A stretch of DNA of 64,000 nucleotides from a virus. The translations under genes were made by a program, and so were the position numbers. The notes below the pieces were generated by a model, which saw nothing but the letters and a program-made list of their open reading frames with translations, was not told the DNA's origin and made no database searches. The stretch spans positions 15,265 to 79,264 of the IMG/VR virus record IMGVR_UViG_3300027741_000048; one strand, 5' to 3'. Numbering within the stretch: position 1 is the stretch's first letter; every line of letters starts with the position of its first letter. This document shows, piece after piece, positions 58,695-64,000 of the stretch.

Positions 58695-59105
58695 ATGAAA
58701 ACATTCAAAAAGTTTATACAAGAAAGACCAGTACTAGGTGTTACAGAATATATAACAATAGACGGAATCGGGTCTGTTGTTGCAAAAATAGATAGTGGTA
58801 ATGAAGCTTATAATGTTCTTCATGGTATAGATATTGAGCGTAGCGGAGATGATACCATAACCTTTACTACTATTAATGATAAAAAAATTACACTCCCTTG
58901 CACTGGTAACATTGATATCAATATTGGTAGTGGTAACATCGAAAACCGTCCAACGGTTATACTCAATATTATCTTAAAAAATAAACCTTACAAGGGCGTA
59001 ACATTTAGTATCGCCGATCGCACTGATAACGAACAGCAAGTATTAATAGGAGAGCCGTTTATTAAACGGCTCAACGCTTTAGTAGATGTAAAGAGAGGTG
59101 TTTAA
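58695..59105 (+). CDS. Retropepsin-like (RimK-associated 'Zn protease') protein
   Basis: AKIDSGN...H, ENRP, FSIADR, VLIG. Confidence 0.7.
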   Translation: MKTFKKFIQERPVLGVTEYITIDGIGSVVAKIDSGNEAYNVLHGIDIERSGDDTITFTTINDKKITLPCTGNIDINIGSGNIENRPTVILNIILKNKPYKGVTFSIADRTDNEQQVLIGEPFIKRLNALVDVKRGV

Positions 59106-59749
59106 AACAGATTTCTATTTTGCGCAAATTCGATAAACTTATAAAACTCAGCTCGCGAGCTATCACCATTTTCAAGGAATGCACCTGACATTCTCGCGGT
59201 TCTCATCGTTGAGTCGTGCTTAATACCACGGTTCGAACAGCAAGTATGCTTAGCTTCAATCATGACAGCTACACCAGCATTATTCTCACATACACTATCA
59301 ATAAAGCTAGCTATTTGATTTGTTAGGTTCTCCTGAACTTGTGGACGCCGAGCAAACCAATCTACAATTCTATTAAGTTTGCTCAGTCCAATAACCTTTC
59401 CATCAGCACGAGGAATATATGCAACATGAGCATAACCTGTAAACGGTAGCCAGTGATGTGCACAAAGACTGGTCAACTTAATATTGTTTTGACATACCAT
59501 ACCATCATATTTGTCAACATTATCAAATGCTGTAATTTTCGGCGGTGGTGTAAAACATCCTTGACATATATCATACATATATGCCTTTGCTACCCTTCGC
59601 GGTGTATCAATAGCGTTCGGATCAGATTCGTAATCAAATCCTAAAGTATTCATAAATTTACCAAAATGTTTCGAGGCTACTTCAACGCGCTTTTTCATTT
59701 CTGCTTCTGTTAAAACTATGTTACTATTAGAATTTTTTAGTTCAGTCAT
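59102..59749 (-). CDS. folE: GTP cyclohydrolase I
   Basis: [38 protein letters not shown]. Confidence 0.95.
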   Translation of the reverse strand: MTELKNSNSNIVLTEAEMKKRVEVASKHFGKFMNTLGFDYESDPNAIDTPRRVAKAYMYDICQGCFTPPPKITAFDNVDKYDGMVCQNNIKLTSLCAHHWLPFTGYAHVAYIPRADGKVIGLSKLNRIVDWFARRPQVQENLTNQIASFIDSVCENNAGVAVMIEAKHTCCSNRGIKHDSTMRTARMSGAFLENGDSSRAEFYKFIEFAQNRNLF

Positions 59750-59844
59750 ATGCATTATATTAATACAATAATATCAAAAATTCAACTTTTATTAGTAGTT
59801 TTTTTTCGACGAAAAGATGATGCTGACAGCATAAATATTATTAT

Positions 59845-60672
59845 ATGAATAATATTAAATGTTTTGAGTGTGGTGAAAATTTTAAATTTTTAAACAATAC
59901 ACATCTTAAAAAACATGGTTTAACTATTCAGGAGTATAAAGATAAATGGAAGGTTGAAGGGAGTTTAGTTAATGATGATTTAAAAAAAGTAAGAGGTGAT
60001 CATACTCGTGGTAAAACGTATGAGCAGATACATGGTATTGATGAAGCACAGAGATTGAAGGAAGTAAGAGTAATACATTCAACAAATCAAATGCGCGATG
60101 TTAATCAACGACTGTTAAGAAAAAGAGTTTGCGGAAAATGGGCTGCTAACGCTAAGGAATATGCTTCACGTATTAGTAAAATGAAAATAGCTTGTCAGAA
60201 TCCAAGTGTATCAAAGCGTCGGCGCGAAACATTACTCTCGCGTTATAGTACAGCTAATACTCTCGGTATACAGCCGCGGTTTTCAAAAATGGCTTATGAA
60301 TATATCAAGAGTTATATTAAACTAAACAATATAAATGAATCGTGTTGTTATTATGCTAGAGGTGGTATCAATAATAGGGAATATGTTTATTTTGACGTGG
60401 AAAAGCAAAAGCATATTATGTTTGATTTTGTTGTTATTAATGCTGAAACAAGAGAGATAGAATTAATTTTAGAATATAATGGACCTTTTCACTGGACCAG
60501 CGACGATATATTAAAAGATCCAAACAGCTTAGCAACTTGGTTTAAAACAAATTCTATGACAAAACTTGAATCATATGATCATGATCAATATAAATTAAAT
60601 ATTGCTAAAAAAATTAGTAAAAATGTTACGGTGTATTGGTTACGCGATAAACGTATCGAACAAATAAAATAA
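59845..60672 (+). CDS. Free-standing putative homing endonuclease (Zn-finger + PD-(D/E)xK/Vsr-like domain)
   Basis: CFEC...HLKKHGLT..EY, GKTYEQIHG, FDFV...LEYNGPFHW; late promoter TAAATA at 59832. Confidence 0.65.
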   Translation: MNNIKCFECGENFKFLNNTHLKKHGLTIQEYKDKWKVEGSLVNDDLKKVRGDHTRGKTYEQIHGIDEAQRLKEVRVIHSTNQMRDVNQRLLRKRVCGKWAANAKEYASRISKMKIACQNPSVSKRRRETLLSRYSTANTLGIQPRFSKMAYEYIKSYIKLNNINESCCYYARGGINNREYVYFDVEKQKHIMFDFVVINAETREIELILEYNGPFHWTSDDILKDPNSLATWFKTNSMTKLESYDHDQYKLNIAKKISKNVTVYWLRDKRIEQIK

Positions 60673-60691
60673 TTCAACATAAATAATAACG

Positions 60692-61120
60692 ATGAAGTAT
60701 GATCAAATAATAACGGAGAGCCTTGACAAGGTAGCTCTTAAGAGGGTCCGTATCAAGGTTGACCCTGCTTCGGTTAGTGTTGCGGAAGATCTTGCAAAGT
60801 GTGACGGTTATGAAGGTTATGTTCTTGCTGAAGATCAGTCGTATATGAAAGTTCTCGTTGTAATGCCCGGTACAAACAATGAATTGTCAGTGATTAGTGT
60901 ACCTATTGAACATCTTGAGCTCGTTTTACAGAATTTAGATCAATTGCGGATTGACAATTTTAAGCGTTTTATAATTACATCTCTTGATATATCTGACGAT
61001 GATCCTGTTATTCAACAAATTGAAGCAAGTGAATCAATTGAAGATATAGAAGTATTTCTCAAGGACAGAGGAATGACAGATGAAGAGATCACGAATCTTT
61101 ATAAATATTATATCGTATGA
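60692..61120 (+). CDS. Hypothetical late protein
   Basis: TAAATA at 60680; MKYDQIITES. Confidence 0.6.
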   Translation: MKYDQIITESLDKVALKRVRIKVDPASVSVAEDLAKCDGYEGYVLAEDQSYMKVLVVMPGTNNELSVISVPIEHLELVLQNLDQLRIDNFKRFIITSLDISDDDPVIQQIEASESIEDIEVFLKDRGMTDEEITNLYKYYIV

Positions 61121-62091
61121 GTAGTTTTGATAATCTCGTAAGCGTTGCTCTTGATGAAGCAAGTCTCGGTGACTATATGAAAGCGGCTAGATCTATGGCA
61201 GCAAAAGCTGGTAAGAGTGTAGCTAAGGGCGCTGTTAAAGGACTCGCACAATTGCCTGGTGCAGCTATTAAAGGTGCTGGTAAGGCTATTCAAGGAGCTG
61301 GTGCTGTATACGGTGCTCTAGGTGGTACGCAGGGTGCGGCGCTAGCAAATAGAGTGGGTGGTACTGTTGCAGGTGTCGGTAATGTAGTTCAGAAAGCTGG
61401 TCTCGGTGCCATGACAGGTGCAGCTAAGTTGTGGAAAGACTTAAAAACAACAGCTGAGAAACAGGAATATATCCGTAAGAACCTACCTGGTATAAAGGAT
61501 TACATTGCGAGAACAGAAATGACCTTAACAAACAATCAAAAAGCACAATTAAATAAGCTTACAGATTTTGAACAGCTTGAAAAGTTTACTAAAGATAATA
61601 TTAGAGGTAAAACATTTAATCAATTCATGTCAGGTTATAATAAAGAGGAGTATGATAAGGCAAAGGCTGCGGCTGAAAAAGAACAAGCAGCTACACAAGC
61701 AACAACACCGCAAAATCAAACAACAGGTGTCAACGCAAAGACACCTGAGGGTAATCCTATTGCAGGTCAAACAAGATTTACTACCGCGGATAAGAAAAAG
61801 ACATATCTTTACGGTAAGGATGGTTGGAGACAGTATGATTCAACTACTAAGCAATGGAGCGCTCCAGTAACTCAACAGGCTCAAATTACAGCCGCTTGGC
61901 AGAAGTCACAGAATATTACACCAGCGACTAAACCTGCAGCTGCAGCTACACCGTCAAAGAAAGCTACTAAAAACGCAACACAGACTAAAGGTGGGGTACC
62001 GGTAGCGCAGCCTACGGCAGCTGATATCGCATCGATGAATCTACCTCCTCATCCGGTTACAAGCAGAACACCGCCAAACAGACCCAGATAA
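61117..62091 (+). CDS. Gly/Ala-rich late protein
   Basis: TATAAATA at 61100-61107; MSSFDNLVSVALDE. Confidence 0.65.
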   Translation: MSSFDNLVSVALDEASLGDYMKAARSMAAKAGKSVAKGAVKGLAQLPGAAIKGAGKAIQGAGAVYGALGGTQGAALANRVGGTVAGVGNVVQKAGLGAMTGAAKLWKDLKTTAEKQEYIRKNLPGIKDYIARTEMTLTNNQKAQLNKLTDFEQLEKFTKDNIRGKTFNQFMSGYNKEEYDKAKAAAEKEQAATQATTPQNQTTGVNAKTPEGNPIAGQTRFTTADKKKTYLYGKDGWRQYDSTTKQWSAPVTQQAQITAAWQKSQNITPATKPAAAATPSKKATKNATQTKGGVPVAQPTAADIASMNLPPHPVTSRTPPNRPR

Positions 62092-62095
62092 CATT

Positions 62096-62293
62096 ATGCC
62101 GTATAATATTCAAAAATCTAAAGCAGGCTATAAAGTACGCTATAAAAAGGGCGGTAAAATGCATACCGTACCGGGTGCTTCAGTATCGAAAGAAAAGGCT
62201 AGAAAGCGTATCGCGGCCATTGAAATCAGTAAGCATGCGCATGAAAGCTTTGATCAGGTAGTAAATTATTTACTAAAAACTTTAATCTCTTAG
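62096..62293 (+). CDS. Small basic protein
   Basis: MPYNIQKSKAGYKV...ARKRIAAIEISKH. Confidence 0.55.
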   Translation: MPYNIQKSKAGYKVRYKKGGKMHTVPGASVSKEKARKRIAAIEISKHAHESFDQVVNYLLKTLIS

Positions 62294-62426
62294 TTGATTT
62301 ATTTCTCACGGGGAATAACTAATAGAGAATATGGATTTGAGAGAAGGGACGGAGGAGAGTTATTAATTTTTTTTTTTTATGCGATCTTCCCGTTGATTTC
62401 TAACTTTTCGAAGTCATAATATTTTT

Positions 62427-63098
62427 ATGAGTTATCAGAGTACTAAACTTATCGAACTTGGATCTTGTGCATTTAGACAATGGAGAGCAGTTCATAGTCA
62501 TTGCCAATATGTGCATGGTTATCAACTTAAAGCGAAGTTTTATTTCGGAGCCTCCGAGCTTGATGAATTGAACTGGGTTGTAGATTTCGCCGGTCTTAAA
62601 GAACTTAAAGTAATTCTTAACAATCAATTTGATCATACACTTTGCGTTGCACAGGACGACCCGCTTCTTCCCTTTTGGCAAGAACTAAACAATCAGCGTG
62701 GCTGTCAACTTCGGGTAATGGAATCTGTCGGTATTGAAAAAACAGCAGAATGGTGCTTTAAAGCAGCTAATGATTTTATAACTACTACAACAGGTGGAAG
62801 ATGCTGGGTTGACTCCGTCGAGGTCTTTGAACATGAAAATAATTCTGCTATCTTCTTTAAACAAGATACAATATCAACACAAAAAGAAGAGACAAAACAG
62901 GCATCTCAAAGTGAAGTGATTGCTAAATCTACAGCAGCTGAAACGCCGTTACCAGTAAAGTCAGAACCAGTACAAAACACACAACCACAACAGCAGTCAC
63001 CCAATCAACCGGTTAACCGACCAGTACCACTTCGTAACCCTGTAACAACAGGTTATTCCGGTTTATTTGATAATATTTCCTGGGGTTCAGGTAGATGA
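62427..63098 (+). CDS. queD: 6-carboxy-5,6,7,8-tetrahydropterin synthase with C-terminal extension
   Basis: AFRQW...SHC..VHGY, WVVDFAGLK, FDHT, VFEHE.NSA. Confidence 0.88.
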   Translation: MSYQSTKLIELGSCAFRQWRAVHSHCQYVHGYQLKAKFYFGASELDELNWVVDFAGLKELKVILNNQFDHTLCVAQDDPLLPFWQELNNQRGCQLRVMESVGIEKTAEWCFKAANDFITTTTGGRCWVDSVEVFEHENNSAIFFKQDTISTQKEETKQASQSEVIAKSTAAETPLPVKSEPVQNTQPQQQSPNQPVNRPVPLRNPVTTGYSGLFDNISWGSGR

Positions 63099-63499
63099 AT
63101 TCTGAACAACTACAACAACTATACGGAGGCGAAATATCCGATTACATTAAGATACAGAGTGTTTCTGATATTAGTAATGCTACACCCATACATGCAGATC
63201 AGCAGCTTGAATCTATTTATAACACGCAAGTTAAACCAAAAGGTGCTATTAATGTAACGAGCACGTTTTTAAATTTTGATCCTAGGAATTTAATAGAAAA
63301 TCGAAGCGAAGATCCTATACAAAAAGCCTTTAAATTAAAACTTAATAAACTAGCAGCTGATATCGGTTTAGAGGGTGATAATTTATATCACACAAACTAT
63401 ACACCATCTTTGAAGAGTCAGTCGGTTAATGACGTCCAGGCTGCCAAGGATCTTGTTGCTGTGGCGTTAGCTGAACTGAAGGAGCTCGGTGCTCTTTAG
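63095..63499 (+). CDS. Hypothetical protein
   Basis: ATGA overlap with queD. Confidence 0.5.
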   Translation: MNSEQLQQLYGGEISDYIKIQSVSDISNATPIHADQQLESIYNTQVKPKGAINVTSTFLNFDPRNLIENRSEDPIQKAFKLKLNKLAADIGLEGDNLYHTNYTPSLKSQSVNDVQAAKDLVAVALAELKELGAL

Positions 63500-64000
63500 T
63501 GTTTGTAACAGGCATGATACCCTTGAAGACATGCGTAACATATCTACATAGTTCCGATCTTACAATATGATCTTCTGTTAATTCAACACAATACACGCCA
63601 TGGTTTCTAGCATCCTCAGTATCAAAAGCTTTATAAACAGTATTAAAACCTGATTTACCGTGTGGAAGATCTGATTGGTCAGGATCACCGCAAATAATCA
63701 TCTTACTAAATTCACCCATACGTGTAAAGAGGGTTTGTAGTTCGCGAATTGTTAAATTTTGACTCTCATCGCAACATACAAATTTTACAGCAAAGTGTAA
63801 GCCACGTGCAAAATTAATCGGACATATAGTAATCCGGTTATCCTTATGTAAGCGGTGAATCTGTGGTTCAATAATAAGCTCAGAGAACTTTTCATTAAAA
63901 GGTGTCATATAGACATTAACCTTCTCATTAATATCCCCGGGAAGATATCCAAGCTTTGAGTCAGAGCTTTCAACAGCAGAGCGAACAAGGACAATATCTG
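63426..64000 (-). CDS. phoH: PhoH-like ATPase (5' part outside window)
   Basis: LVRSAVE...LGYLPGD..EK, ARG, DESQN, TRMG, GDPDQSDL, IVRS. Confidence 0.92.
   Translation of the reverse strand, partial: DIVLVRSAVESSDSKLGYLPGDINEKVNVYMTPFNEKFSELIIEPQIHRLHKDNRITICPINFARGLHFAVKFVCCDESQNLTIRELQTLFTRMGEFSKMIICGDPDQSDLPHGKSGFNTVYKAFDTEDARNHGVYCVELTEDHIVRSELCRYVTHVFKGIMPVTNTKEHRAPSVQLTPQQQDPWQPGRH

Noticed and set aside
62294-62426. preQ1 riboswitch upstream of queD
   Set aside because: Lacks the P1 stem/loop and 3' A-rich tail of class I, and queD has its own promoter-like motif a few nt before its ATG
1-64000. Stop-codon reassignment (alternative genetic code)
   Set aside because: Core genes are full length in the standard code, and TAA, TAG and TGA all terminate recognisable genes
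1-64000. tRNA, rRNA or CRISPR arrays
   Set aside because: Intergenic gaps are very short and no cloverleaf or repeat-spacer pattern was seen by eye; tRNAscan was not run

Overview
64 kb of an AT-rich, T4-like (large myovirus) phage genome using the standard genetic code. The left half (1-31 kb, mostly minus strand) holds baseplate, tape-measure, tail tube/sheath, terminase and neck genes, with a clamp loader, dUTPase and probable small terminase interspersed. The right half holds the T4-type replication/recombination core (gp61, gp45, gp32, gp59?, gp41, UvsX, gp43, gp46/47, gp55, UvsW, UvsY), 7-deazaguanine genes (folE, queD, queC, class II amidotransferase), two glycosyltransferases, phoH and many small late genes. 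Most notable: (1) The large terminase is fractured into two genes that must be joined by an atypically split, Gln-terminated intein. It also carries a cis class-3-type LAGLIDADG intein, and a possible homing-endonuclease relic lies between the halves. (2) The amidotransferase keeps its catalytic Cys only if started at an AUU codon behind a strong SD inside an 11-codon uORF. (3) The queC/GAT/glycosyltransferase cluster suggests a possibly new hypermodified DNA base. (4) Promoters sit about 5-11 nt before start codons, implying widespread leaderless translation. (5) About 15 late genes share capsid-targeting-like N-termini and many converge on early genes. All product calls rest on motif recognition and synteny, not database searches.
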